DNA of 64,000 bases from a virus. Shown piece after piece: positions 49,483 to 59,176 of the stretch; the stretch's first letter is position 1, and each line of letters starts with the position of its first letter. The notes beneath the pieces were generated by a model. The model did no database searches. It was not told the DNA's origin and was given only the letters and a program-made list of their open reading frames with translations. The stretch lies in the UHGV virus genome UHGV-0165490. One strand, written 5' to 3'. Both the position numbers and the translations under genes were made by a program.

Positions 49483-50084
49483 TTTTTTATGAGTTTAAAA
49501 ATATTAGTAACTTCTTTGATTTTATTCTCCAGTGTTTTAATCCTGGAATACAATGATTGACACGCAAAATTATCAATAAAATATTCTTTGAATTGTTCCA
49601 CGGTAATCACATTGGTATTTTCCGGGCTAAGATGTACCACGATACATAAATTTTTCATTGAAAAATAAAACTTCTTTCCCTGCGGGATACTCGCATCAAA
49701 TGTTGTTATGATATATAATTGCTCTAACATCTTAATAAAATCCCAGAATTCAATACCGGAATTGATTTCAACAAAGAAATCACGTTTATTTAAAACGGGG
49801 AAGAATTTTTGATTCTCATTTTTCGCTTTCGCTGATAATGTGAAAGCACTCGGGGTCATAATTTTTGGTTTACTGAAACAAACAAAGCCCTTCTCTTTCG
49901 GAGAAAAGTACAATGGAAGATTCTGTTTTAAATTATTAATGACTGAAATAATATTTTCGTTCGCTTCGTTGAAACTTAACAAACCTTCCTCGATAAGAGT
50001 GTCCATTAATTCATCCACCTGTTTCAGTGATGTTATCTCGATAACTCCACCTTCGTCAATAAATTTTTTAAGTTCAATATTCAT
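49479..50084 (-). CDS. Hypothetical protein (two similar internal halves)
   Basis: IEITS...LYFS and VEINS...FYFS look like a duplicated domain. Confidence 0.6.
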   Translation of the reverse strand: MNIELKKFIDEGGVIEITSLKQVDELMDTLIEEGLLSFNEANENIISVINNLKQNLPLYFSPKEKGFVCFSKPKIMTPSAFTLSAKAKNENQKFFPVLNKRDFFVEINSGIEFWDFIKMLEQLYIITTFDASIPQGKKFYFSMKNLCIVVHLSPENTNVITVEQFKEYFIDNFACQSLYSRIKTLENKIKEVTNIFKLIKK

Positions 50085-50086
50085 GA

Positions 50087-50485
50087 TTACAATAAATTTT
50101 TATCAAGTTCCTCGACCCATTTTTTAACTTCCTCGGAAGTACCGTAATTGTTATATACTGTTTTAGAGGTAGTCACTTTTAAATTGAATACTTTTCTCGT
50201 GGGGGAGAAAACAACTTCATAAAAAACAATGGAAGACAATTTAATTCGGCTTTCTTTTATTTTCACAAACTGGGCTTTGTTTTTCACGCTCTCAATATCG
50301 CATTCCTTCCACCAATACCCCGCGATATTATATCTGTACTCACCATCTTTGCATTCACGATATAGTATTTTGTTCACACTGCCCACGAACATATCGCTTT
50401 GCTTACATGTCTCAAATGAATTCCTCTTCACTTTGACGAATTCACCAATTTTGAAGAGAGGAATATTTAAATTCTCATTTTCCAT
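50087..50485 (-). CDS. Hypothetical protein (N-terminal SH3/KOW-like FKIGEFVKV)
   Basis: ORF in operon. Confidence 0.6.
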   Translation of the reverse strand: MENENLNIPLFKIGEFVKVKRNSFETCKQSDMFVGSVNKILYRECKDGEYRYNIAGYWWKECDIESVKNKAQFVKIKESRIKLSSIVFYEVVFSPTRKVFNLKVTTSKTVYNNYGTSEEVKKWVEELDKNLL

Positions 50486-50501
50486 GATTTAATATTTTAA
50501 A

Positions 50502-50756
50502 TTAATCGCACTTTAACTCATCAATATAACTATTGAGATAGGGTAGAAAAATGGAAAAATTTTTCCACTCATTATTCACAAACATTCTTATTGAATCTCT
50601 CGAAAAATCACACTCCCACAAACGGTCAATCAAAACAGTTATCGCAACTTCGTTATTTTTAACACGTTTATAAAGATCCATTGTTTCGCTCCCGAAATCA
50701 GTTACCGGATCAATCATAACTATAAATTCTTCCGTGTTTAATTTTGTTCTTTCCAT
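50502..50756 (-). CDS. Hypothetical protein
   Basis: ATG supplied by repeat copy D. Confidence 0.65.
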   Translation of the reverse strand: MERTKLNTEEFIVMIDPVTDFGSETMDLYKRVKNNEVAITVLIDRLWECDFSRDSIRMFVNNEWKNFSIFLPYLNSYIDELKCD

Positions 50757-50860
50757 AACTTCTTTGTTTTTAGTTAATTAATCTCGTTTGTTTCAATACC
50801 TAAAGATATAAAAAGTATACTTATCTGCCAAATTATTTCGGAGAATTTTTGATTAAAAAA
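50754..50860 (-). repeat. Promoter-leader cassette repeat, copy D
   Basis: Matches copy E over ~107 bp. Confidence 0.92.
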
Positions 50861-50920
50861 CCGGGCGTTTCACAACGTGGCCGGTAGACTATGAAAAATC
50901 GATTAAAAAAAGTGATGAAC

Positions 50921-51160
50921 CTATATTTTCTTCACAACGGAAACAAGTTTTTTAACTATATCACTGAACATTAAATTCATTTCCTTGTTGAATATACGTT
51001 TACTTTCATTCTCATACGCATTTATGACGCCGGGAAAACGAACGGGGTCTTTAACACCCTTCGTCCTTTTCTTAACGATAGGTTTAACTGAACGGACATC
51101 AATTCCATCAATTTTCCTTGTAAAGCTCTTTTTGTCTTTCATTGTGTTTAAGCTTATCAA
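50921..51160 (-). CDS. Hypothetical protein
   Basis: Basic small ORF at end of the MuF operon. Confidence 0.5.
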   Translation of the reverse strand: MISLNTMKDKKSFTRKIDGIDVRSVKPIVKKRTKGVKDPVRFPGVINAYENESKRIFNKEMNLMFSDIVKKLVSVVKKI

Positions 51161-51677
51161 ATTTATCCCTCATCTGTATCTCGCTCACAAAAGAATTTTT
51201 ATCTTTAAAACTATCTCTGACAATAATACCTCTATAATTATACGTTCTTCCCGTGAAAGGATTTTCCATCAATACTGATTTAGATCCCGGTTTAAAAAAC
51301 CTCAGATATTTTATGTCGTCCTTATTCTTTATAATAAACTCATCGAGGGGAACCATTTTCTCAGACATAGGGATGACAAATTTACCCTCACACATAACCA
51401 CCTTCATGCTGTTATTATTACCAATAGCCCCCTCGTTTCCTTTAACAACAAGATGTAAATCATACGCGGACATACGTGACCATTTATCACGCACGATCAT
51501 TTCACCCACGATCATTTCACTTAATATCGCTTCAATTTTTTTGATATCATGAATATCACCGAGATGTCTAAATTTATTCCCGATTCGCCACCATAATCTT
51601 CCAGCGAAAGTGGCTATTAATCCATCTCTGTCAATATTCAATTCATTCATAAAATTAAACGTAAACAACTTGGTCAC
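51108..51677 (-). CDS. Hypothetical protein
   Basis: ORF downstream of the MuF-like gene. Confidence 0.6.
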   Translation of the reverse strand: MTKLFTFNFMNELNIDRDGLIATFAGRLWWRIGNKFRHLGDIHDIKKIEAILSEMIVGEMIVRDKWSRMSAYDLHLVVKGNEGAIGNNNSMKVVMCEGKFVIPMSEKMVPLDEFIIKNKDDIKYLRFFKPGSKSVLMENPFTGRTYNYRGIIVRDSFKDKNSFVSEIQMRDKFDKLKHNERQKELYKEN

Positions 51678-53679
51678 CCACAGTGATTTTAACTTTTAAA
51701 TCAGGGCGGAATTTTCTTTCATAATTTTCAGGCATCACAAAAGCTCTTTTTTTACCATCCCACACATCACCCTCAAAATACTCCCTCGCCAAGCATCTAC
51801 ACCACGGATGTATAGGAAATAGGATTGTTGGTTTCCAATCCTTCGCTTTTCTGCCAATATTGGTACCATTACCAATTAACTCTCCGATTGTAAAAATTTT
51901 AGGTTCAGACCCGATACCTGCTGTGAGGTACAATCGGATACAATGTTGACAATTTCCACTCCAAATAGATTGACCATTCCTTCGTATATACAAGGTAGCA
52001 TTTTTCCTTAGCTGTAAGCATCCAACTTCACCCCTCCAATCATTAATCACATTAAAATGCTTGTGTATTGAATTAAAATGCTTACTCTTCAAAATACTAA
52101 TTCTATAGATTAATCGTTTTGTTGTGAATGATTTATTTCTTTTTTTTGAAAATGTTTGGTCTCCTCTTCTATCAATAATTTTCATCGAGGGTCTATATCC
52201 GCATTTTAAAATTACCTCTGATAAATCATCGGCCATTTGCTTTGATGTTGTTACAATATGACAATTTCCATCAATAAACGTATCACCCCCACCAAACCCG
52301 TCGCCCTTCCAATATGCCAATAAAAATTCAAAAAGATATTCTTTTGCCAATGACTTTATCTCCACGGGAATTGTTTTTTTCCAAGCCCTATCTCCCAGAG
52401 ATTTCATCCATTTAACGAAAGGATCAAACGATTTATCCAATAATACGACGAAACCCTTATTGTTATAATAAACGCGTTTATTAAAAATATTTTTTAAACA
52501 ACAATCAATCTCATTAAAATTGGCATTTTTTAATTGAGCTATATGTAATTGGGTTGAATTGTAATGACCATTCTTATCAGCCCTTCTTTCATACAATGAA
52601 CCTTCTGACAAATACCAGCCCATCATTTTTGCAAATGCTTTTGTATTAAAAATTTTTCCCGCAATTTCAATTTCTTTTTTATTATAACCCTGCCAATTAT
52701 CAACAGTATAATACATATAAGCTCGTTTCGTCAATGCGGGAACATCTTTGCTGTCAACCAATTGATTTTTTGTATACATACCATATTTCGAATGATAATC
52801 TATACCAATCAATTGTTTATGATCAGGTGTACATAGCATATTTAATGAATTATGCTTATATTCATGCATTTCCCCCTCATACCAATACTGGATTTTACTT
52901 TCAATCTCGGTATATTCCAATTCATTTGTATCACGATTAAACGAGGCCACTTTTTCATCTCCCCGAATATCTTTTAAAAGTTTAAACCCTTCATCCGTTA
53001 AAAATTCAGTGTCACTTGTTGGAAAACAAGCGCCTGGGAACACGTCGAAATAAATTTTCATATTATACCCCTTATCAGGGTTTTTTCTCATCATCGACTG
53101 AACCCGTCCCATGTTGAACACTGCCTGGTACTCTGTCTCAACTATACGATTCCAATCACGAGACCAATCATTTAGTTTATTTGAAATATCCGAGGCGATA
53201 AGTTGGATTGCTTTACGCCCCACGACACCTCTTTTCATTGATTCTGATATGACACCCTCATATTCAGCCCTTACTCTCAACTCGGCGTCAGAAATATAGG
53301 AGGTAATATCTTTTTTTGTTTTATCACCTAATCCTTTTAGATAACCGTATGTCCGATTACATGCCATCTCATATTCCTCGACCTCTCTCGAAGAGGGCGG
53401 CGCGTATTGTTTTCTATTAAGGTATTTGATAAAATTATCATAGGTTATTTTACCCGCTTCGCTATCAGAAAGCATACCGGTTAATAACCCAAACATCCAA
53501 TTTTGCCAATAAGGTGGTATAACTTCCTTTAACGCAGATACATTGACACCATATTTTTTTAAAATATCAGCATCGGAGGATGTGAGATGATCTGGTCCGA
53601 ATATTCTCCAGACCAGATCGGCAAACCTGAAATCCACCAAGGATAAAATTTCTTGTATCTGTTCGTTATTGAAAAACAT
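51655..53679 (-). CDS. MuF/SPP1 gp7-like head morphogenesis protein interrupted by an intein
   Basis: RDWNRIVETE, PGA|CQHC, HPWCRC motifs after removing the intein. Confidence 0.85.
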   Translation of the reverse strand: MFFNNEQIQEILSLVDFRFADLVWRIFGPDHLTSSDADILKKYGVNVSALKEVIPPYWQNWMFGLLTGMLSDSEAGKITYDNFIKYLNRKQYAPPSSREVEEYEMACNRTYGYLKGLGDKTKKDITSYISDAELRVRAEYEGVISESMKRGVVGRKAIQLIASDISNKLNDWSRDWNRIVETEYQAVFNMGRVQSMMRKNPDKGYNMKIYFDVFPGACFPTSDTEFLTDEGFKLLKDIRGDEKVASFNRDTNELEYTEIESKIQYWYEGEMHEYKHNSLNMLCTPDHKQLIGIDYHSKYGMYTKNQLVDSKDVPALTKRAYMYYTVDNWQGYNKKEIEIAGKIFNTKAFAKMMGWYLSEGSLYERRADKNGHYNSTQLHIAQLKNANFNEIDCCLKNIFNKRVYYNNKGFVVLLDKSFDPFVKWMKSLGDRAWKKTIPVEIKSLAKEYLFEFLLAYWKGDGFGGGDTFIDGNCHIVTTSKQMADDLSEVILKCGYRPSMKIIDRRGDQTFSKKRNKSFTTKRLIYRISILKSKHFNSIHKHFNVINDWRGEVGCLQLRKNATLYIRRNGQSIWSGNCQHCIRLYLTAGIGSEPKIFTIGELIGNGTNIGRKAKDWKPTILFPIHPWCRCLAREYFEGDVWDGKKRAFVMPENYERKFRPDLKVKITVGDQVVYV
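51952..53028 (-). mobile_element. Intein with LAGLIDADG homing endonuclease (359 aa)
   Basis: Starts CFPTSDTEFLTDEG; block B CTPDH; MGWYLSEG and LLAYWKGDG LAGLIDADG blocks; ends WSGN with +1 Cys. Confidence 0.92.
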
Positions 53680-53788
53680 AGTGTATTAAAATTCTTTTTA
53701 ATCTTTGTATTCTTTCCTGTAGCGTGATGATAAATAATACCCGTGTTTATGATATTATCACCCGGCTAATCCCCAAGCCATGTTCCCC

Positions 53789-53951
53789 CGGGTGTAAAAT
53801 CTTTCCCCGTGCTTTTTCAATCGCAATTCTATTGGCAATATTTTGAGCCATTTGATTCTCTAAAAAATTCATTTTCAATATGTTTTATAACTAAATCACA
53901 ATACCTAAAGATATAAAAAGTATACTTATTCGCCAAATTATTCGAGGAATA
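53789..53951 (-). repeat. ~163-bp duplication of 55461..55624 (promoter + gene 5' end, frameshifted)
   Basis: Near-identical sequence; one A missing in the GAAAAAAGC run. Confidence 0.9.
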
Positions 53952-53953
53952 GT

Positions 53954-54151
53954 TCACCCTTCAAAATCAATCTTCTTTTCACGCAACAATTCTCTCCATT
54001 CGTTCTTTGTCATAACACGATGACCGATAACTTTTATCATCACTTCACGCCATAACCCCATCACTCTTAACTCAACCATAATTTCATCAGTTGAAAAAAC
54101 TTTAGGTTGTGGTGTGTCATTAATTTTTCGGGAGGATATATTTTTTGCCAT
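53954..54151 (-). CDS. Hypothetical protein
   Basis: 65-aa ORF with ATG start. Confidence 0.5.
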   Translation of the reverse strand: MAKNISSRKINDTPQPKVFSTDEIMVELRVMGLWREVMIKVIGHRVMTKNEWRELLREKKIDFEG

Positions 54152-54244
54152 ATTAATCCATTTTTAAAAGTTCAATAAAATTTATACCGAAATATCTCGA
54201 CTTCTCAGCACAGATTTTAATTAACAGCTTACCATCTGTTACCA

Positions 54245-54910
54245 CTATGTTGCTGAATTCAAACCCATGATACGAATTTCATCGAGATATTCACTTCTTA
54301 TAATGGAAGGAGCCCTGAAATCACATTGGAGGTCAACAGTGACAACACGTAAAAAAACAGGAAAAGGTACAAGATCATTTTCAATTGTTATCTCTCTCGA
54401 TGAAAATTCAACTGTCTGGAATGATTGTGCGAAAGTATCATACGCGCCAAGCATTAACCCGTACAGTACCTCGCTAACGACCAATGATTCAAAAAAATTT
54501 GCACTTACACAAAGAAAATCATAGGAAAATCTTTTTGAATCAGTAAAGATATTGATATCAATACCCGGTTGACCGACGGTGGGCTGTGAAACAGGAACTA
54601 CTCCTGGATATATTTTACCGATAACATTACCCGACCCATTCACCCGTGAAGGCTCCCTGATCACAACACAGGGAGCACCAACAACATTTTTCGGAAATTC
54701 AAACGCTGTTCTGATTGAATTTTTATTCAATCCATCTCTTATGAATATTTCTTTCGCTGTTTTAAAAAATTTCCCATCCTGGTCATCATTACCCTTTGAG
54801 AAAAGATAGAGCCAAGAATTTTCATCACTGCCCGAATTTTTAAAATCTTCCTTTATCCACTCGAGGAGACTATCAACAATATTTTTAAGTCGAAAAATTG
54901 GTAACAACAT
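54245..54910 (-). CDS. Putative tail terminator / neck protein
   Basis: Structural-protein-like composition; displaced from the tail module. Confidence 0.45.
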   Translation of the reverse strand: MLLPIFRLKNIVDSLLEWIKEDFKNSGSDENSWLYLFSKGNDDQDGKFFKTAKEIFIRDGLNKNSIRTAFEFPKNVVGAPCVVIREPSRVNGSGNVIGKIYPGVVPVSQPTVGQPGIDINIFTDSKRFSYDFLCVSANFFESLVVSEVLYGLMLGAYDTFAQSFQTVEFSSREITIENDLVPFPVFLRVVTVDLQCDFRAPSIIRSEYLDEIRIMGLNSAT

Positions 54911-54975
54911 AAGCTTATTTCCTTCACAAAAAAATAAAATACCCCTTACGCAAAGTCTATTTTTAAGGATTTAAT

Positions 54976-55551
54976 TTAGCGTCCAACTTTTTTAAAAGCA
55001 CTAATCAAATCTGCCAAATCACTACCCCTCGGTACCCCTGAACCTAAATTAGCATCCTTTAAAAATTTTTTAATTTTTATTTTCGTCTTCCTTGCTAATT
55101 TATCAAATTTATCCGATATCTCATCATATTCAGCTTCATATTCCTGCGCGTCAGCGGATACATCACCCTCTTCTTCATCGTACATCAAATCTTCGAGACT
55201 TTCCATTCGTTTCTCCATACTTCTAAGCTCTTTTATATCTAAAGAAATTTCTTTTCTTTGCGATAAAAGATCTTTTGGTTTTTCCTCGTTACCTGGTTTC
55301 GTTTCCTTCGATTCATTTTCTTTCGCTGGTGTTTCCTTGTAACCTTTAGGTTTTGGTCTCCACCCTTTCGGGGTTTTGATGTACTCCTTGCCGTTCCAGG
55401 TGCGCACTTCGCCAAGAGGCGCACCGCGGCCGGCCTTTTCAATAAGATCCAAACAATCCTCGGGTGTAAAATCTTTCCCCATGCTTTTTTCAATCGCAAT
55501 TCTATTGGCAATATTTTGAGCCATTTGATTCTCTAAAAAATTCATTTTCAA
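54976..55551 (-). CDS. Putative head-internal protein with IEKS/IEKA sites and GEVRTWNGKEYIKTPKGW motif
   Basis: Motif shared with 42467..43303; acidic coiled-coil C-terminus. Confidence 0.65.
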   Translation of the reverse strand: MKMNFLENQMAQNIANRIAIEKSMGKDFTPEDCLDLIEKAGRGAPLGEVRTWNGKEYIKTPKGWRPKPKGYKETPAKENESKETKPGNEEKPKDLLSQRKEISLDIKELRSMEKRMESLEDLMYDEEEGDVSADAQEYEAEYDEISDKFDKLARKTKIKIKKFLKDANLGSGVPRGSDLADLISAFKKVGR

Positions 55552-55570
55552 TATGTTTTATAACTAAATC

Positions 55571-55616
55571 ACAATACCTAAAGATATAAAAAGTATACTT
55601 ATTCGCCAAATTATTT
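55571..55616 (-). promoter_or_regulatory. Promoter core of the repeat family
   Basis: TTTG-gcgaatAAGTATACTTttta-TATCTTTA. Confidence 0.75.
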
Positions 55617-56036
55617 GAGGAATAAGATTGTCGTGACACCCACCCCGAAACCCACCATCACACCTTTCCAAATCCATGCACCCCTCTTTTTATTTGATAC
55701 CTGCAATTGGTTGATTTCTTTTTGATACATGGCGTTCATTTTAATCTGTAAATCCAATTTCTCCGAATAATTTGCGATTAAATTATTAAAAGATTTAATC
55801 ATTGTATCTTTTTTCCAGATTAAATCTTTTAATTTCTCGGTATAAATGGAAAGCGAATCGCATTGAGTGAGAAGATACCTTCTCTGTAATAAACGTTGAT
55901 TTATCAACCGAAGCTGCGGTATAGATATAATGACACAGGTATCATTATTCCAAACTATCTTTGCGGGATAATTCGTTTGACAGAATCCTGATATGTTCAT
56001 CATCAGAAAGGCGAGTGAGATCAGCAACTTTTTCAT
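55611..56036 (-). CDS. Spanin-like outer component (signal peptide, coiled coil, C-terminal TM)
   Basis: Probable start MKKLLISLAF; overlaps the upstream TM-coiled-coil gene in another frame. Confidence 0.5.
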   Translation of the reverse strand: MKKLLISLAFLMMNISGFCQTNYPAKIVWNNDTCVIISIPQLRLINQRLLQRRYLLTQCDSLSIYTEKLKDLIWKKDTMIKSFNNLIANYSEKLDLQIKMNAMYQKEINQLQVSNKKRGAWIWKGVMVGFGVGVTTILFLK

Positions 56037-56283
56037 AATACTTCTTTTTTTGTGCGTTGATAACTTCTTCGAAACCATGAATAACTGAATCAGTTTCCCT
56101 CGTAAGCGAATTAATTCTTTCCGTTAAATGGCGGTTTTCGTCCCGAAGAGAATCTCTTTCCCTTTCATACCGCGTTACATCAATAACAGGCTCTGATTCC
56201 TCCTTATCAATAAGAATAAAAACAACGGTTAGGGTAAGAGTATATAATATCGCGATAAACAGTGCTCTTTTATCATTCATCAC
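55945..56283 (-). CDS. Spanin-like inner membrane component
   Basis: N-terminal TM plus coiled coil; overlapping gene pair. Confidence 0.5.
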   Translation of the reverse strand: MMNDKRALFIAILYTLTLTVVFILIDKEESEPVIDVTRYERERDSLRDENRHLTERINSLTRETDSVIHGFEEVINAQKKKYYEKVADLTRLSDDEHIRILSNELSRKDSLE

Positions 56284-57992
56284 ATTTCGAATTGTGCGTT
56301 AATATAGCTCAAAGCATCTCTCATGATAGGATTTTCTGAAACCATCGATTTCATTGAATCCTCGTTAAAGGGATTCGGCATTCCTTCTTCCCCGGTTTCT
56401 TCCTCGACAATATTATTCATCGTTTCACCCCCATACATTTTCGCTTGCTGTGCCTGTTGATAAACAGAATTTAAGATGGTATCGGTTTCGGGGTCAAAAT
56501 CTCTTCCCGAGTATTTCTTAAACATATCTTCCATCGATACAGCACCCATCTCGATTTTTTCCTTGTCGAGTTTGACTTGTTTTTCCTCGTCCTCGACCTC
56601 CATACCCGTAAACACAAGTTCAAAATCCTCGTTTAATTCCTCGATCAAATAATGATTAAAAACACTTTGTAGGAAAACAAGTATAGGATAAAGACCTTTT
56701 TGCTTGCTATGATCTAATCTTTCTTTTTGACCGTATTGACCTAAAGTATTTGATGAATCCCGGAATTGAAACCCAAGCTCCGAGGGATCTATCCTGTACA
56801 CTGAGCAGGTGAGAACAATAAGAAATTTGGTCCAATTGTCAAATTCCATTTCACGGTTTGATTGCTGTAAATCAATCCATTCAACATTTAAACCCTGAAA
56901 AACAGGTATCTTATGAGAGTTCTGTGTACCTGTCAATAATTGCCGCCAATGTTGTTTAAACTCATTCAACTGAGTTTGATTGGCGGTACTGTCTTTTATG
57001 TTCAAAAATCCCTTCGGATTCGAACCATTCTTAAAGAAATTCCCGTTATATTGAACAGAATTCAACACATAGGTTATTATTTCCGACAGGGATTCAAGTT
57101 CCGATTTCCCGTAACCGTTATCGTATATATTTGTTGATTGGTTCCTCACACCGTAACCCAGCTCCCACGGGTAATACAAAACATACTCCTTTTTAAATTT
57201 ATTGTACACAATTTGTTGATCCCACACTTGGCAATATTTAGGAAGGTAACCTCTGTATCGATATTTTTCAAAATCCTGGGAGTATTGCGGATCATCAGCG
57301 TCAAGAATCCTAATCATTGAGGCATCAACCGCTTTAAATTTATTTAGTTCAAACCCCCTGGTTCTCACTATCTCAAAGGCAAGTTGGTCCAACGATAATG
57401 AATCAAACAGGATTTTTCTAACGAACGTGATAAGAGTATCACCGCCATCCCATTTGCTCACCTCTCCACCCCGTTCAATAAAATTAACTATACGCTCAAT
57501 TTCTTTCTTATCTTTATCGGATAAATCTTTGCTTTCATCCTTGGAGTTAAACAATGATCTCTTTCGACGAATAGTATAACCTTCTTTTTGTTCATCCGTG
57601 GAAAAACGTAAAAACCTCATCACTTGTTCTATCCGTGTTGTGATGATATTTTTAACGCAATAAAGGTTTCCCATTCTCTGAAGAAGCTCAAAGGATACTC
57701 TCCCGAGATTATCCTTGTATCCTCGGCCTGAATAGGCGACATAGTCTGGCAAATAAAAAATCGATTTCATCTGGTCATCAATGCTCCTCGATTTTTCCAG
57801 GAACAAATTTGCCGCCATGACATCCTCGAGATTGGAGGATTGGAGGGAGGATTGTAATTTTGATTGAAGTATTGAAGGGAATGCCTTGGATAATGCTTGT
57901 AACTCATCAAGGGATAACCCCGCCAAATTATTAACGAGGTTATTTTTTTGCCCATCATGGCTCATCGATTTGATACGCTTTCTTCTACTCAT
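56280..57992 (-). CDS. Portal protein
   Basis: AVDASMIR, GYGKSELE, FKNGSNPKGFL, IDPSELGF. Confidence 0.93.
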   Translation of the reverse strand: MSRRKRIKSMSHDGQKNNLVNNLAGLSLDELQALSKAFPSILQSKLQSSLQSSNLEDVMAANLFLEKSRSIDDQMKSIFYLPDYVAYSGRGYKDNLGRVSFELLQRMGNLYCVKNIITTRIEQVMRFLRFSTDEQKEGYTIRRKRSLFNSKDESKDLSDKDKKEIERIVNFIERGGEVSKWDGGDTLITFVRKILFDSLSLDQLAFEIVRTRGFELNKFKAVDASMIRILDADDPQYSQDFEKYRYRGYLPKYCQVWDQQIVYNKFKKEYVLYYPWELGYGVRNQSTNIYDNGYGKSELESLSEIITYVLNSVQYNGNFFKNGSNPKGFLNIKDSTANQTQLNEFKQHWRQLLTGTQNSHKIPVFQGLNVEWIDLQQSNREMEFDNWTKFLIVLTCSVYRIDPSELGFQFRDSSNTLGQYGQKERLDHSKQKGLYPILVFLQSVFNHYLIEELNEDFELVFTGMEVEDEEKQVKLDKEKIEMGAVSMEDMFKKYSGRDFDPETDTILNSVYQQAQQAKMYGGETMNNIVEEETGEEGMPNPFNEDSMKSMVSENPIMRDALSYINAQFEM

Positions 57993-58012
57993 ATTACAAT
58001 CCTCCTATATAA

Positions 58013-58570
58013 TTAAGCGGCTACGGTCGTGAAACTTGAAGCATCGGAGATTACTTTTCCTAAATCGGGAAACACAGCCTCGACTGTCCAACTATAATTT
58101 GTCGCATTTTTAAGGCCATTCATCGTTAATTCAGGTGCTTCAGCCGGGTCGACATTCGTTTTCGTTGTGTTTTCACCCTCGGTTAACGACAAAATATAAT
58201 AAGCGATTCCCTCAACAGCATCCCATGTAAATTTTACGGCGTTAATAGCGATATCCGTCGCTTCGTTGGCTGGTGTTTTAAGTGTCACGGTGACACCCTC
58301 ATGTGAAGCGGCGTTTAAAATAACTTCACCCTTACTATCATCGCTTCGAACCAATGTTATGGCACCATTTTTCGCCATTTCAATGAATTCATTCTCCGTG
58401 TACATAACTCCCGTGTGAATGTTCACACCGGCAGAAATTATATCCTTTGATGTTTCACGTGATTCAGTAACAACAAAATTATTGAGAACCTTGTTTGTAT
58501 CACTATCAACAAAAGCATCGGTGTAATACGTGTTCACACCCTGACCTTGTAAAAATTTATATACCAACAT
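58013..58570 (-). CDS. Virion protein with C-terminal FN3/Ig-like domain (possible decoration protein)
   Basis: TPAN...FTWDAV...Y...GLKNATNYSWTVEA...FTT. Confidence 0.7.
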   Translation of the reverse strand: MLVYKFLQGQGVNTYYTDAFVDSDTNKVLNNFVVTESRETSKDIISAGVNIHTGVMYTENEFIEMAKNGAITLVRSDDSKGEVILNAASHEGVTVTLKTPANEATDIAINAVKFTWDAVEGIAYYILSLTEGENTTKTNVDPAEAPELTMNGLKNATNYSWTVEAVFPDLGKVISDASSFTTVAA

Positions 58571-58629
58571 CTTGTTTAATTTTTGATCTAATTAATTCAG
58601 GAGTAAAGATATGTAAATTGACAGAGAAT

Positions 58630-58653
58630 ATCAAATATCACGTGATATTTGAT
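58630..58653. promoter_or_regulatory. Perfect 24-bp palindrome, putative operator
   Basis: atcaaatatcac|gtgatatttgat, just upstream of the minus-strand TATCTTTA at 58604-58611. Confidence 0.55.
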
Positions 58654-58721
58654 TGTTATTTTAATCGATTTTGTTAAATTTAGCGTTGTGCTTATGGCAG
58701 GAAGGTATCTCATTTTTGTTT

Positions 58722-58750
58722 AAAATAGGAGGTTTTAATCCTCCTATTTT
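58722..58750 (-). terminator. Intrinsic terminator
   Basis: aaaataggagg/cctcctatttt. Confidence 0.75.
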
Positions 58751-59148
58751 TATTGATGGAATATATATTTGTACCATCTCGAATAACGCTTTTCATATAT
58801 ATACCCGGAATTGCAATGTTTAAGAGAATCTAATGCTTTCCAGTTTTGTGGGTAATCATCCTGGCCCAATTTTGCTTCGCGCTCAAAGCTTAATCGTTTA
58901 TACGCTTTTCCTTCCGTGAAAAGTTTAATAAACCATTCAATAAAATACATCAAATAAAAAGGTATATACAATAACCCCCTCATCTGCCACGAGTGGATCA
59001 ACTCATGATAAATAAGTCTTTTCACCCGGTGATAGGATTGATTTTCCTCGAAAAATTTTTTATGTTTATTTCTAACAATAAGCACACCAAACAGGTTTAT
59101 CGCCGCGAACCCCCGGGGTGGGAACCATTTACATGAAACTATTTTCAT
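58750..59148 (-). CDS. HExxH zincin-like protein of a Bacteroidota-type family
   Basis: AAINLFG...HELIH..Q...SFEREA. Confidence 0.7.
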   Translation of the reverse strand: MKIVSCKWFPPRGFAAINLFGVLIVRNKHKKFFEENQSYHRVKRLIYHELIHSWQMRGLLYIPFYLMYFIEWFIKLFTEGKAYKRLSFEREAKLGQDDYPQNWKALDSLKHCNSGYIYEKRYSRWYKYIFHQ

Positions 59149-59176
59149 TGCTTTGTGTTTATTATATAATACACCC

